Shown here: in pieces, positions 23,898-35,945 of the stretch | Numbering within the stretch: position 1 is the stretch's first letter | How the letters are laid out: every line of letters begins with the position of its first letter | DNA from: TPA_inf: Saccharomyces | Taxonomy: Eukaryota | Assembly (NCBI GenBank): GCA_000146045.2 | Contig: BK006936.2 | Span: 288,001 to 352,000, forward strand | Direction: 5' to 3' | Length of the DNA stretch: 64,000 bases | Notes under the pieces: model-generated | The model's input: only the letters and a program-made list of their open reading frames with translations | Databases searched by the model: none | What the model was told of the DNA's origin: nothing | Program-made: the position numbers and the translations under genes

Positions 23898-26789
23898 ATG
23901 ACGAGAAACCCGTTTATGGTGGAACCTTCGAATGGCTCTCCTAATAGACGTGGTGCTTCAAACCTCTCCAAATTTTACGCAAACGCTAACAGCAACTCTC
24001 GGTGGGCTAATCCCAGTGAGGAGAGTTTGGAGGATAGCTATGACCAATCTAACGTTTTCCAAGGCCTTCCGGCATCTCCTTCGAGAGCTGCACTAAGATA
24101 CTCCCCAGACCGTCGCCATAGAACTCAATTTTACCGCGATAGTGCCCATAACTCTCCAGTTGCTCCGAACAGGTATGCTGCTAATCTACAAGAGTCTCCC
24201 AAAAGAGCAGGCGAGGCTGTCATACATCTAAGTGAGGGGAGTAACCTTTACCCCCGCGATAATGCAGATCTACCGGTAGACCCCTACCATCTATCACCCC
24301 AGCAACAGCCCAGTAACAATCTGTTTGGAAGTGGCAGATTGTATTCTCAAAGCTCGAAATACACGATGTCTACTACTTCCACAACGGCTCCCTCTCTGGC
24401 AGAAGCAGACGATGAAAAGGAAAAATACCTCACTTCGACTACTTCCTATGATGATCAGTCTACAATTTTCTCTGCAGACACTTTCAATGAAACAAAATTT
24501 GAACTGAACCATCCAACAAGACAGCAGTATGTAAGACGTGCCAATTCTGAGAGTAAGAGAAGAATGGTCTCAGACTTGCCTCCCCCAAGCAAGAAGAAGG
24601 CACTATTGAAACTAGACAACCCGATACCAAAAGGTCTGTTGGATACTTTGCCTCGTAGGAACTCCCCTGAGTTTACGGAAATGAGATATACAGCCTGCAC
24701 TGTGGAACCTGACGATTTTTTGAGAGAAGGTTACACTTTGAGATTCGCAGAGATGAACAGAGAATGTCAAATTGCCATTTGTATTACCATGTACAATGAA
24801 GATAAATATTCATTGGCAAGAACCATCCACTCCATTATGAAGAATGTTGCTCATCTTTGTAAGCGTGAAAAATCTCATGTTTGGGGCCCCAATGGCTGGA
24901 AGAAAGTCTCTGTAATTCTGATTAGTGACGGTAGAGCAAAAGTCAACCAAGGGTCTCTCGACTATTTAGCTGCTTTGGGTGTTTATCAAGAAGATATGGC
25001 CAAGGCGTCTGTGAATGGTGATCCGGTAAAAGCGCACATTTTTGAATTGACAACTCAGGTCTCTATCAACGCCGATCTGGATTATGTTTCAAAGGACATT
25101 GTTCCTGTGCAATTGGTTTTTTGTCTAAAAGAAGAAAATAAGAAAAAGATCAATTCCCATCGTTGGCTATTCAACGCGTTTTGTCCCGTTTTGCAACCTA
25201 CTGTAGTTACTTTGGTTGATGTCGGTACACGTTTAAACAATACAGCAATTTACAGGTTATGGAAGGTTTTTGATATGGATTCAAATGTGGCTGGTGCGGC
25301 TGGTCAGATTAAGACTATGAAGGGGAAGTGGGGACTGAAACTTTTCAATCCATTAGTTGCATCGCAAAATTTTGAATATAAGATCTCGAATATTTTAGAT
25401 AAACCATTAGAAAGTGTTTTTGGTTATATCTCTGTTCTTCCTGGTGCCCTGTCCGCATATAGGTATAGAGCCTTAAAAAATCATGAAGATGGCACTGGCC
25501 CTCTCAGATCGTATTTCCTTGGTGAAACTCAAGAAGGCAGAGACCATGATGTTTTCACTGCAAATATGTACTTGGCTGAAGATAGAATTCTTTGTTGGGA
25601 ATTGGTCGCCAAGCGAGATGCAAAATGGGTTCTAAAATATGTTAAGGAAGCCACTGGTGAAACGGATGTTCCCGAAGACGTTTCTGAATTTATTTCTCAA
25701 AGAAGACGTTGGTTAAATGGTGCAATGTTTGCCGCAATTTATGCTCAATTGCATTTCTACCAAATTTGGAAAACTAAACATTCTGTTGTACGCAAGTTCT
25801 TTCTTCATGTTGAATTCCTTTATCAATTTATTCAGATGCTTTTTTCCTGGTTTTCTATTGCAAATTTCGTTCTTACCTTTTATTATTTAGCAGGATCAAT
25901 GAATTTAGTTATTAAACATGGTGAGGCCTTATTCATTTTTTTTAAATACCTGATCTTTTGTGACTTGGCAAGTTTATTCATTATTTCCATGGGTAATAGA
26001 CCCCAGGGCGCGAAACATTTATTCATTACCTCCATGGTTATACTGTCTATATGTGCCACATATTCTCTAATTTGTGGGTTTGTTTTTGCTTTCAAGTCGT
26101 TAGCTTCTGGAACGGAATCCCACAAAATATTTGTCGACATCGTTATCTCATTGCTCTCCACCTATGGCCTATACTTTTTCTCATCACTGATGTACCTAGA
26201 TCCTTGGCACATGTTTACATCATCCATACAATACTTTTTGACACTTCCCGCCTTTACGTGTACTTTACAGATTTTTGCCTTCTGTAATACACACGACGTT
26301 TCCTGGGGTACTAAAGGTTCCACACAGGAGTCCAAGCAATTGTCCAAGGCCATTGTCGTTCAAGGTCCAGATGGGAAACAGATTGTGGAAACAGATTGGC
26401 CTCAGGAAGTTGATAAGAAGTTTTTGGAAATAAAAAGTCGTTTGAAAGAACCAGAATTTGAAGAATCAAGCGGCAATGAAAAACAATCCAAGAATGATTA
26501 TTATAGAGATATAAGAACCAGAATTGTGATGATTTGGATGCTATCAAATCTAATACTGATCATGTCTATAATTCAAGTCTTTACACCACAAGATACTGAC
26601 AATGGTTATTTGATATTCATTTTATGGTCTGTGGCCGCTTTAGCTGCCTTTAGGGTGGTTGGTTCCATGGCCTTTTTGTTCATGAAATACTTGCGTATAA
26701 TAGTGAGTTACAGAAATAAAGTTGAAGGTAGCGGCTCATGGGAAGTCTCTAAATTAGACTTACCAAATGTTTTCCACAAAAAGGGCTAA
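23898..26789 (+). CDS. CHS2: Chitin synthase II (CHS2, YBR038W)
   Basis: 963-aa ORF with chitin-synthase motifs 'EDR' and 'QRRRW' ('[13 protein letters not shown]') and C-terminal transmembrane helices. Confidence 0.92.
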
Positions 26790-27365
26790 TGCCAGTATTT
26801 TTCAGCTAATTTCTCGTCATTCCCTCTTTTTTCTCATTCTGTTTTAGAATGTACAGGTTATGACAACCATTACCTTCTAGGATATTTTGACATTTCTCTC
26901 TTAGACTTTTTATATATAATATACATGTTTCAATACCAAATATAATGTAGCATAACATAATCTATCTTTTTACTCATAGACCTTTACTTTCCTCTCTAAA
27001 AGCCGTGTCGCAGTAACTGGTGACGCTAAAGTTCTCCGGCGTTTTTTTATGTATGAGCTGGGCATCAAGAGCTTTTGAGATTTTCCAAGTAGTAACTCAT
27101 CTTTCTGAGTGTGCTATCAAATACATACTAAGGAGAATAAACTCTTGTTATTACGTATTCTTCATCCTTATGGGTAGAGAGCGCACTGTTTTAGTACATT
27201 TTCTAGACGTCGAAACGTAGAGCAATTGTCGATAAAACAAAAAAAAAGTAAGAAGATATATGAATAGGAGCTGTCGCTAGAACTAGTAAGTATATGATGG
27301 AGATATAATAAGTGAATTATTCGATATTTAATGAACGTTCTCATTTATTTGGAAGAAATGTTTAT

Positions 27366-27386
27366 CACGTGATGGAGAACCAATGA
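27366..27386. promoter_or_regulatory. CACGTG E-box (Cbf1-type, 27366-27371) and ACCAATGA HAP2/3/4/5 CCAAT box (27379-27386) upstream of ATP3
   Basis: Motifs seen about 190-210 bp upstream of the ATP3 ATG. The HAP complex regulates nuclear respiratory genes. Confidence 0.45.
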
Positions 27387-27574
27387 GCGGCGAGTAACTA
27401 CGCGAGGAACCCGGACCGCAATAACGATTAAAGAAGGCCCGGAAGGGAGATGCTTAAATGATTATCACTCAGTTAAAAAAGACAAATAAGAAACTATTGA
27501 GACTGAACCGTTTTGGTTAATTTCAGGTGGAAACAATTGAAGACGAGCAGTAAACATTATTTTATTTAGTAGTC

Positions 27575-28510
27575 ATGTTGTCAAGAATTGTATCAAACAA
27601 TGCAACACGCTCCGTAATGTGCCACCAAGCGCAAGTGGGTATTCTTTATAAGACTAACCCAGTGAGAACTTATGCTACTTTGAAAGAAGTGGAAATGCGT
27701 TTGAAATCTATCAAAAATATTGAGAAGATCACAAAAACTATGAAGATTGTTGCATCTACAAGATTGAGTAAAGCTGAAAAGGCTAAAATTTCCGCAAAGA
27801 AGATGGATGAAGCAGAGCAGTTGTTTTACAAGAACGCCGAAACCAAAAATTTGGATGTTGAGGCTACTGAAACAGGTGCTCCTAAAGAGTTGATTGTTGC
27901 TATCACCTCTGATAAGGGGTTGTGTGGTTCTATCCACTCTCAATTGGCTAAAGCTGTGAGAAGACATTTGAATGATCAACCAAACGCCGATATAGTCACT
28001 ATTGGTGATAAAATTAAAATGCAGCTATTGAGAACCCATCCTAACAACATTAAATTGTCTATTAATGGAATTGGTAAAGATGCCCCAACTTTCCAAGAAT
28101 CTGCTTTGATTGCCGATAAGTTATTGAGTGTCATGAAGGCCGGCACTTACCCAAAGATTTCCATTTTCTACAATGACCCAGTGTCTTCCCTATCTTTTGA
28201 ACCATCTGAAAAACCGATCTTTAACGCCAAGACCATTGAACAATCCCCATCATTCGGCAAATTTGAGATCGACACGGACGCAAACGTTCCAAGAGATTTG
28301 TTTGAATATACTTTGGCTAACCAAATGTTGACAGCAATGGCTCAAGGTTATGCTGCTGAAATTTCCGCCAGAAGAAACGCTATGGATAACGCTTCCAAGA
28401 ATGCCGGTGATATGATCAATCGTTACTCTATCTTGTACAACAGAACAAGACAAGCTGTCATTACTAATGAACTGGTTGATATTATTACTGGTGCTTCCTC
28501 TTTGGGATGA
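27575..28510 (+). CDS. ATP3: F1F0 ATP synthase gamma subunit (ATP3, YBR039W)
   Basis: 311-aa ORF with the ATP-synthase gamma family C-terminus '...ELVDIITGASSLG' and an N-terminal mitochondrial presequence. Confidence 0.92.
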   Translation: MLSRIVSNNATRSVMCHQAQVGILYKTNPVRTYATLKEVEMRLKSIKNIEKITKTMKIVASTRLSKAEKAKISAKKMDEAEQLFYKNAETKNLDVEATETGAPKELIVAITSDKGLCGSIHSQLAKAVRRHLNDQPNADIVTIGDKIKMQLLRTHPNNIKLSINGIGKDAPTFQESALIADKLLSVMKAGTYPKISIFYNDPVSSLSFEPSEKPIFNAKTIEQSPSFGKFEIDTDANVPRDLFEYTLANQMLTAMAQGYAAEISARRNAMDNASKNAGDMINRYSILYNRTRQAVITNELVDIITGASSLG

Positions 28511-28929
28511 TAAAAAAATCACCCTGCATTGCCTCTTTATTTGACGTTGTTTTTGTAGAACATGAAACGAATTTTGACTTGATGAGACGAAGTATATATC
28601 CAAAGAATACCTTAAATAGAAAAGGAAAGATAATAAATACTAAACACTACTATATATTCAGGTAAAATACAAAAATTATAACATTTTTAAAACTTTTTTT
28701 TTTTGAAAGTCCTTCTCGCTTTAGGATTTTTTCCCATTAAGATTATGATGGTTTCATGTATGTGTCAGTTAAAAAAAATATGGCTAAGTAGCAATGAAAC
28801 GAACCAAGAAAATGAAAACAATATATAGTGCTGTTGAAATAACAAAGACATTGGTATATATTTGTAAAATGTCTGTTAAATGTTTTTTATCTCAGGTTCT
28901 TGCTTGTCTTTGGTAGAAGAAATTATAGT

Positions 28930-28967
28930 AAACAAACAAACAAACAAACAAAAAAAAAAAAAAAAAA
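28930..28967 (+). repeat. (AAAC)5 followed by A18, immediately abutting the FIG1 ATG
   Basis: Seen directly: aaacaaacaaacaaacaaac then aaaaaaaaaaaaaaaaaa and ATG at 28968. Confidence 0.9.
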
Positions 28968-29864
28968 ATGGTCGCAATCTCAATGATTTGGTTTTTTACC
29001 AAGCGTATGCCCAGAATATTTGCATTAGCTTTTAATTTAATTTCAATATTTCTTTTGATTTTTCTTCTCATCGGCTGTTACAACCCGTCAAATCAGTCAA
29101 CATTTCTAGTGAAGTATAAATTTGATGACAACTCACCTTTTTATACGATCATAGAGAAATCATATGAAAAATCAAATACAACTCTGGGCTTGGAGGAAGT
29201 CATTATAAGATCCGGTTACATGGGTGTTTGTATTGATAACATTCCCTCCCAATATAGCTCTTACAATAATATGACTACATTCTCCAATTCAATTTGCTAT
29301 GCAAGAAAGAATTTAAGCTCGGTTCCCTTATACAGAGACTTGGAAATTCAACTCTCAAATATTGCATCTTCCAGCTCCAAAACCCAATCAAGCGTTGTCT
29401 TGAACATTTTGAAGTTAGCCCAATTAACTTCGGTTAATGTTATACATCCATATGTCTTGATGGCAACTGTAATCCTAACAATCCTAATGTTTCTATTTAT
29501 TCTGTATGTAACTGTCCCTAAGTTACCATTCAAACTAGCGGTTAATAAATTTCTACTGTTGCTAAGTTCAACTATAGTTTTGACATGGGGTATTGGTGCG
29601 ATGTGGACTCATGTAGGGATAAATGCAAGTTACAGATTGGTTCCATCATCAAGTATGAATATAATCACTGTCAAGAAGGGCAAGAAGGCAGCAGTAATGG
29701 CTTGGTTTAGCTTTGCATTCCTCCTTTTAGACAGTGTGGTTTTATGGTTAATATTTTTAAGGGATAGGAAAAGCTTGAAAGATGAAATTGATAATGTTCC
29801 ATGTGCCCAAAATAGGTACAATAACTACTCTTCGGATTCATCTACATTGCATTCCAAAGTTTAG
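28968..29864 (+). CDS. FIG1: Mating-induced integral membrane protein of the low-affinity Ca2+ influx system, claudin-like (FIG1, YBR040W)
   Basis: 298-aa ORF with four transmembrane segments and synteny. Confidence 0.75.
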   Translation: MVAISMIWFFTKRMPRIFALAFNLISIFLLIFLLIGCYNPSNQSTFLVKYKFDDNSPFYTIIEKSYEKSNTTLGLEEVIIRSGYMGVCIDNIPSQYSSYNNMTTFSNSICYARKNLSSVPLYRDLEIQLSNIASSSSKTQSSVVLNILKLAQLTSVNVIHPYVLMATVILTILMFLFILYVTVPKLPFKLAVNKFLLLLSSTIVLTWGIGAMWTHVGINASYRLVPSSSMNIITVKKGKKAAVMAWFSFAFLLLDSVVLWLIFLRDRKSLKDEIDNVPCAQNRYNNYSSDSSTLHSKV

Positions 29865-30265
29865 TTTTATCCTCAAATAAACATATAAGTTTTGAGCGGA
29901 TATTTCAGAATGTCAATTTTTAAAAGTAAAAGGAGAAAAAATTTATATAATTCACGATTAACATTATATAATGTGATGAACTACTTAAAAAATTTAACGT
30001 TCGATAATTAAGTAACAACAGAGAAAATATGAGCTTACCTAAACTCTAATCATTACCGTCTGTTTTATTTACTGTCACCTTGATGAGCGACTAAAAAGAT
30101 AGAACGCGGGTTTTTCGCGCAATGTAACAAAGCTCCAGAAATTTTTTATAAATACTAATGTTATAGCAAAAAAAATAAGGACCTTAAAGTCGTAAACTAA
30201 ATTGAAAAGCCCAAATCATTCAAATTCTATATCGTTGAACTTTTAATAGGCTGCGAATACCGACT

Positions 30266-32275
30266 ATGTCTCCCATACAGGTTGTTGTCTTTGCCTTGTC
30301 AAGGATTTTCCTGCTATTATTCAGACTTATCAAGCTAATTATAACCCCTATCCAGAAATCACTGGGTTATCTATTTGGTAATTATTTTGATGAATTAGAC
30401 CGTAAATATAGATACAAGGAGGATTGGTATATTATTCCTTACTTTTTGAAAAGCGTGTTTTGTTATATCATTGATGTGAGAAGACATAGGTTTCAAAACT
30501 GGTACTTATTTATTAAACAGGTCCAACAAAATGGTGACCATTTAGCGATTAGTTACACCCGTCCCATGGCCGAAAAGGGAGAATTTCAACTCGAAACCTT
30601 TACGTATATTGAAACTTATAACATAGTGTTGAGATTGTCTCATATTTTGCATTTTGATTATAACGTTCAGGCCGGTGACTACGTGGCAATCGATTGTACT
30701 AATAAACCTCTTTTCGTATTTTTATGGCTTTCTTTGTGGAACATTGGGGCTATTCCAGCTTTTTTAAACTATAATACTAAAGGCACTCCGCTGGTTCACT
30801 CCCTAAAGATTTCCAATATTACGCAGGTATTTATTGACCCTGATGCCAGTAATCCGATCAGAGAATCGGAAGAAGAAATCAAAAACGCACTTCCTGATGT
30901 TAAATTAAACTATCTTGAAGAACAAGACTTAATGCATGAACTTTTAAATTCGCAATCACCGGAATTCTTACAACAAGACAACGTTAGGACACCACTAGGC
31001 TTGACCGATTTTAAACCCTCTATGTTAATTTATACATCTGGAACCACTGGTTTGCCTAAATCCGCTATTATGTCTTGGAGAAAATCCTCCGTAGGTTGTC
31101 AAGTTTTTGGTCATGTTTTACATATGACTAATGAAAGCACTGTGTTCACAGCCATGCCATTGTTCCATTCAACTGCTGCCTTATTAGGTGCGTGCGCCAT
31201 TCTATCTCACGGTGGTTGCCTTGCGTTATCGCATAAATTTTCTGCCAGTACATTTTGGAAGCAAGTTTATTTAACAGGAGCCACGCACATCCAATATGTC
31301 GGAGAAGTCTGTAGATACCTGTTACATACGCCAATTTCTAAGTATGAAAAGATGCATAAGGTGAAGGTTGCTTATGGTAACGGGCTGAGACCTGACATCT
31401 GGCAGGACTTCAGGAAGAGGTTCAACATAGAAGTTATTGGTGAATTCTATGCCGCAACTGAAGCTCCTTTTGCTACAACTACCTTCCAGAAAGGTGACTT
31501 TGGAATTGGCGCATGTAGGAACTATGGTACTATAATTCAATGGTTTTTGTCATTCCAACAAACATTGGTAAGGATGGACCCAAATGACGATTCCGTTATA
31601 TATAGAAATTCCAAGGGTTTCTGCGAAGTGGCCCCTGTTGGCGAACCAGGAGAAATGTTAATGAGAATCTTTTTCCCTAAAAAACCAGAAACATCTTTTC
31701 AAGGTTATCTTGGTAATGCCAAGGAAACAAAGTCCAAAGTTGTGAGGGATGTCTTCAGACGTGGCGATGCTTGGTATAGATGTGGAGATTTATTAAAAGC
31801 GGACGAATATGGATTATGGTATTTCCTTGATAGAATGGGTGATACTTTCAGATGGAAATCTGAAAATGTTTCCACTACTGAAGTAGAAGATCAGTTGACG
31901 GCCAGTAACAAAGAACAATATGCACAAGTTCTAGTTGTTGGTATTAAAGTACCTAAATATGAAGGTAGAGCTGGTTTTGCAGTTATTAAACTAACTGACA
32001 ACTCTCTTGACATCACTGCAAAGACCAAATTATTAAATGATTCCTTGAGCCGGTTAAATCTACCGTCTTATGCTATGCCCCTATTTGTTAAATTTGTTGA
32101 TGAAATTAAAATGACAGATAATCATAAAATTTTGAAGAAGGTTTATAGAGAGCAAAAATTACCAAAGGGTTTGGATGGAAATGACACTATTTTTTGGCTC
32201 AAGAATTACAAGCGCTATGAAGTCTTGACCGCTGCTGATTGGGAAGCCATCGATGCACAAACAATTAAATTATGA
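30266..32275 (+). CDS. FAT1: Very-long-chain fatty acyl-CoA synthetase / fatty acid transporter (FAT1, YBR041W)
   Basis: 669-aa ORF with the AMP-binding motif 'IYTSGTTGLPK' and FATP family features. Confidence 0.9.
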   Translation: MSPIQVVVFALSRIFLLLFRLIKLIITPIQKSLGYLFGNYFDELDRKYRYKEDWYIIPYFLKSVFCYIIDVRRHRFQNWYLFIKQVQQNGDHLAISYTRPMAEKGEFQLETFTYIETYNIVLRLSHILHFDYNVQAGDYVAIDCTNKPLFVFLWLSLWNIGAIPAFLNYNTKGTPLVHSLKISNITQVFIDPDASNPIRESEEEIKNALPDVKLNYLEEQDLMHELLNSQSPEFLQQDNVRTPLGLTDFKPSMLIYTSGTTGLPKSAIMSWRKSSVGCQVFGHVLHMTNESTVFTAMPLFHSTAALLGACAILSHGGCLALSHKFSASTFWKQVYLTGATHIQYVGEVCRYLLHTPISKYEKMHKVKVAYGNGLRPDIWQDFRKRFNIEVIGEFYAATEAPFATTTFQKGDFGIGACRNYGTIIQWFLSFQQTLVRMDPNDDSVIYRNSKGFCEVAPVGEPGEMLMRIFFPKKPETSFQGYLGNAKETKSKVVRDVFRRGDAWYRCGDLLKADEYGLWYFLDRMGDTFRWKSENVSTTEVEDQLTASNKEQYAQVLVVGIKVPKYEGRAGFAVIKLTDNSLDITAKTKLLNDSLSRLNLPSYAMPLFVKFVDEIKMTDNHKILKKVYREQKLPKGLDGNDTIFWLKNYKRYEVLTAADWEAIDAQTIKL

Positions 32276-32415
32276 TTTGATGTTCCTGAATTAGGATAAA
32301 GTATTTTTCCTTGCACGAGAGTACGTATGTAAACGTAATATTGATAAAGAATCAAAAAAAGTTTTATATCTATCTATATATGTACCTAATAACATATGGA
32401 AAGGATTATTTAAAT

Positions 32416-33609
32416 TCAAAAAATAAAACAATAAAGTTTATAAACTAACCAAATTATTGTTAGAGTTGGTAATATTAGCACTTCAGTTAACTCAATACGA
32501 TTGATCTTGAAACTATCGGTAACTGAATGGTTTGTTTCAGGATCACTTACGAATGATCCAGTGGAATAGTACCTTTCCATTAGAGCATCCTTCTCACTCC
32601 AAATTTTATACAGCCATTCTGAAAATTCATTCTCGTCCTCTAATGGAATATCTTTAACATCAAATGCTCTGATGTGAATATCGACTAACTTCGGGTATTT
32701 TCCTTCTAAAAATATGCTCTTCAGCCCATATATAAGCTCACCATATTCCTCCTGTTTTACACCGGAGTAGCCGATCGTAATATCATAAAGACTTTCAATA
32801 CTTGGCTTCAACTTTTGTAACGAGTATCTTAGGCCTGTAGAATGAGGCAGTAGCACATTCTTGAATGGCTTTTTGCCTATTTTGGCAGCATATTTAGCAC
32901 TTTTTTGCCTAGTATCAGCACTGAGATTTGTACCTTCAGGGAATAGGATAAGATTGTATGGCCAATGGATTTGTTTTGGATCAATAACCTCCGGATTCCA
33001 TATGCTCTCTCCTTCCTCAGTTATGCGCTCAGGTGACTTTCCAGCAAGTGAGCCGGCGCCCCTTGCATTCGAATCAAGGCCAGCAAGGCTGTTGCTTAGG
33101 GTTATTTTGTCTTGTGCCCACTTTCTACTCATAAAAATGAAATTATAGTTTCTCATACCGAAACCGAGGATAGGAATGGAAGCCAACGATTTTTTTAAAA
33201 TAATGAAGACATTAGCCCCTAAGTTCGATGTGTAAGCCAACCACCATAAAAATATCCAATCCGTGTATATTTGGTGATTGCAAATGGCCACCGAATTGGA
33301 CTTTAGATGAGAAAGAATCCTTTTCTTCTTCAAGTCTAAAAAAAAAGTACCTTTAGGAACACTGGAATTTTCAGTGGTAATTCTCACTGCAGATGGTGCG
33401 ACAACATGCAAAATGGATGATACCAAGACAATAAATAATCTTTTGGTTTTATTGAGACCAATTTGTTTCCTTATATCATTTCTACAGTAAAGAGTCTTAT
33501 AGGTGAGTTGGAGAAACAAAAGAATAAGGCATCCCTGGAAGAAAATCAATAAGGAAATACCTGGGACGACGACTTTTCGAACTTTATGAGCTATTTTTTG
33601 ATGCAGCAT
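32416..33609 (-). CDS. CST26: Lysophospholipid acyltransferase, PlsC/LPLAT family (CST26, YBR042C)
   Basis: 397-aa ORF with the HX4D acyltransferase motif 'NHQIYTD' and an N-terminal transmembrane segment. Confidence 0.75.
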   Translation of the reverse strand: MLHQKIAHKVRKVVVPGISLLIFFQGCLILLFLQLTYKTLYCRNDIRKQIGLNKTKRLFIVLVSSILHVVAPSAVRITTENSSVPKGTFFLDLKKKRILSHLKSNSVAICNHQIYTDWIFLWWLAYTSNLGANVFIILKKSLASIPILGFGMRNYNFIFMSRKWAQDKITLSNSLAGLDSNARGAGSLAGKSPERITEEGESIWNPEVIDPKQIHWPYNLILFPEGTNLSADTRQKSAKYAAKIGKKPFKNVLLPHSTGLRYSLQKLKPSIESLYDITIGYSGVKQEEYGELIYGLKSIFLEGKYPKLVDIHIRAFDVKDIPLEDENEFSEWLYKIWSEKDALMERYYSTGSFVSDPETNHSVTDSFKINRIELTEVLILPTLTIIWLVYKLYCFIF

Positions 33610-33875
33610 CAGCTTATTGACCTCGCTAGCAATCTCAATACCAGTGGACCTGATATATCCTTTTTTTTTGTTGGCTAGTGTTCATTAATGATCTTTCGCG
33701 TTTATATTTCTTTTTCTGATGAGTTTTTCGCCTCTTGAGATGTTGTTGAACATTATTTAATAATACTTTTAGCACAATAACGATTTACCATAAACTAAAG
33801 TAAACTATGTATGTGCCACCCTATGAAAAGTCTACAATGAAAATATTTACGCTTCCGTCTTATTAACCGATATGA

Positions 33876-35945
33876 TTAATCAATTTTGTCGTACAATTTT
33901 TGTAAATCGTAGTTCTCTCTCCAGTAATCACCGTGCTTTTTCAGTATTATAAGTACACTGCTAGCACCCAAGACGATAAAGGCCAGCATTGTGAAAGCCC
34001 ACCCAGTTCCCATACCGTTTAACATGGGTGTGGTGACAAAGACTGCGGTTGCAGCCAAGATTTGCCTTATTAAATTATTCAAAGCAACACCGGTGGCACC
34101 CTTTCCCGGCAATGAATCGACTAAATAGGAAAGGGTAGCACCAATTGTCATCATAGCTGCATATCCAAAGAGGGCTGTTCCAATTAGTGGCGTTACCCAG
34201 TGGCATTTTTTATCTAGGCACCAGCCAAATATCAATAGCGCAATGGGGAAAGATATTACAGATGTAACAACATTCCACGATATACGAGCTTCAGGAGCAA
34301 GAATTCCATATTTCTCTTTGTATCTTTTTAAAAGCATGTCCACCCAACGTCCACCGTAAATTGAGGCGAAAAAGTATGTTACAGAATTCGGAATATACAG
34401 TAGACCAATGTATAATGGTTTAAAGTTGTAAGGAGGCCTTGAATATTTATATTCAACTGTCATATTAACAAAGTATACTGTGGAAAAGGAAATTGCGGAA
34501 AATGTTATTGCAAGTGCCACGGGTGGATATTCTAGGAAGTGCAATGATTTTAAAGGCTTGATAAAATAAACAAAAAAGGTGTCCCAGACCTTCCTCACCG
34601 CTGATACCTGTTTAGGAGCGATTTCACCTCCATTACTGGATAGCACTTTTTTGACTTGCTCTTCCAGGTTGGTTTGTAATTTTCTCAGACTATTTTCTCG
34701 AATCGATCTCGCTAACTTTGGATCTGTTGATCTTATTCTCGTAACTTGTGCTGTTGTTGCATCGATACCGCTATCATCTAGCTGATATTCATACAGACTT
34801 CTACTCGCCTCTGTATAAATCCGTTGCAATTGGGTTTCTCCAGCTCGACCATCATAAGTATTGGGGCTAGAGTGACTTTCTAAATCTAGCGAGTCTTGAT
34901 CCCTTACCTCTCCAACGTAGTTATGCTTCTCAGTAGATAATGTGGCAACTTGGTTTTCAATTCGATCTGTCTCATCTTCTCCCCTCTGATAATCTTCTTG
35001 TATCTCTCCACGTTCGTTATTGTCTACTTGAATACGTCTTTCAGCCAAAATTTGAGCGATAGCGCCTTTAGAATCTTGTTTTCTTAATGTTTCAGGTAGT
35101 AACACCGTCAAAAGAATGACATTACATCCGGATAAAATAACCATAAACCATTGAGTGGATCTCCAGGGCCAGCGATTCACTAACAAAGATCCAAAAATTG
35201 GAGATAGTAGCGGCGCCAGTAGTGGACCCAAATAGTAATAACTCAAATTTTTACCTCTATCTTCGCTAATATATAAATCAGCCACTGTTCCAGCACCTAC
35301 ACTTTGAACACTGGCAGAAGCAGCCCCACAGAGCATTCTCAAGGCAATAAATGAGTTGATATCAGGAGCTAGAGCAGACCCGATATTAAATGCAAACAAT
35401 AATGCAAATGAAGTTATGTAAGTAGTTCTTCTGCCCTCTAGCTCGGATAGAGAAGACCACCACAATGGGAAAACACCAAGACTTAAAAGGTACACACCAA
35501 TTGAAACGTTTACCATAATCACTGATGTTTTAAATTCTGTTGTGATTGAGTTGATCGCTGGAAAAATGATAGATGTGCCCATGGGGCCCATCATGGAGGA
35601 AAACGCAATCAAGAAGACAATCATCTTTTTCATCATCGGTGGATAATCTCTGGCATCCTTGAACTCCGGTATAATGGCGAGTTGAGGCAATAGTCCCCTA
35701 CGTTGATTCTTTGGAACAACGTATTCCTCACTCTTCAACCTACTTAGCTGGTTGTCTCTGTGTTCACGACTATTTGATGCCGTACTTTCCAGATTGGTCT
35801 TTTCGTAACTATAATCGTTGTGCTCGCTGTGCGGGCTGCCGCTGCTTTCATCGCAGTGCATCATAACATGATTGTTCGGTAGTGAATTGTCAGAGCAATT
35901 ACTCCTCAAAGACCCTACATTCGATTGTGAACCTTGGGCTTGCAT
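33876..35945 (-). CDS. QDR3: MFS multidrug/polyamine transporter of the DHA1 family (QDR3, YBR043C)
   Basis: 689-aa ORF with 12 transmembrane segments and a long hydrophilic central loop. Confidence 0.8.
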   Translation of the reverse strand: MQAQGSQSNVGSLRSNCSDNSLPNNHVMMHCDESSGSPHSEHNDYSYEKTNLESTASNSREHRDNQLSRLKSEEYVVPKNQRRGLLPQLAIIPEFKDARDYPPMMKKMIVFLIAFSSMMGPMGTSIIFPAINSITTEFKTSVIMVNVSIGVYLLSLGVFPLWWSSLSELEGRRTTYITSFALLFAFNIGSALAPDINSFIALRMLCGAASASVQSVGAGTVADLYISEDRGKNLSYYYLGPLLAPLLSPIFGSLLVNRWPWRSTQWFMVILSGCNVILLTVLLPETLRKQDSKGAIAQILAERRIQVDNNERGEIQEDYQRGEDETDRIENQVATLSTEKHNYVGEVRDQDSLDLESHSSPNTYDGRAGETQLQRIYTEASRSLYEYQLDDSGIDATTAQVTRIRSTDPKLARSIRENSLRKLQTNLEEQVKKVLSSNGGEIAPKQVSAVRKVWDTFFVYFIKPLKSLHFLEYPPVALAITFSAISFSTVYFVNMTVEYKYSRPPYNFKPLYIGLLYIPNSVTYFFASIYGGRWVDMLLKRYKEKYGILAPEARISWNVVTSVISFPIALLIFGWCLDKKCHWVTPLIGTALFGYAAMMTIGATLSYLVDSLPGKGATGVALNNLIRQILAATAVFVTTPMLNGMGTGWAFTMLAFIVLGASSVLIILKKHGDYWRENYDLQKLYDKID

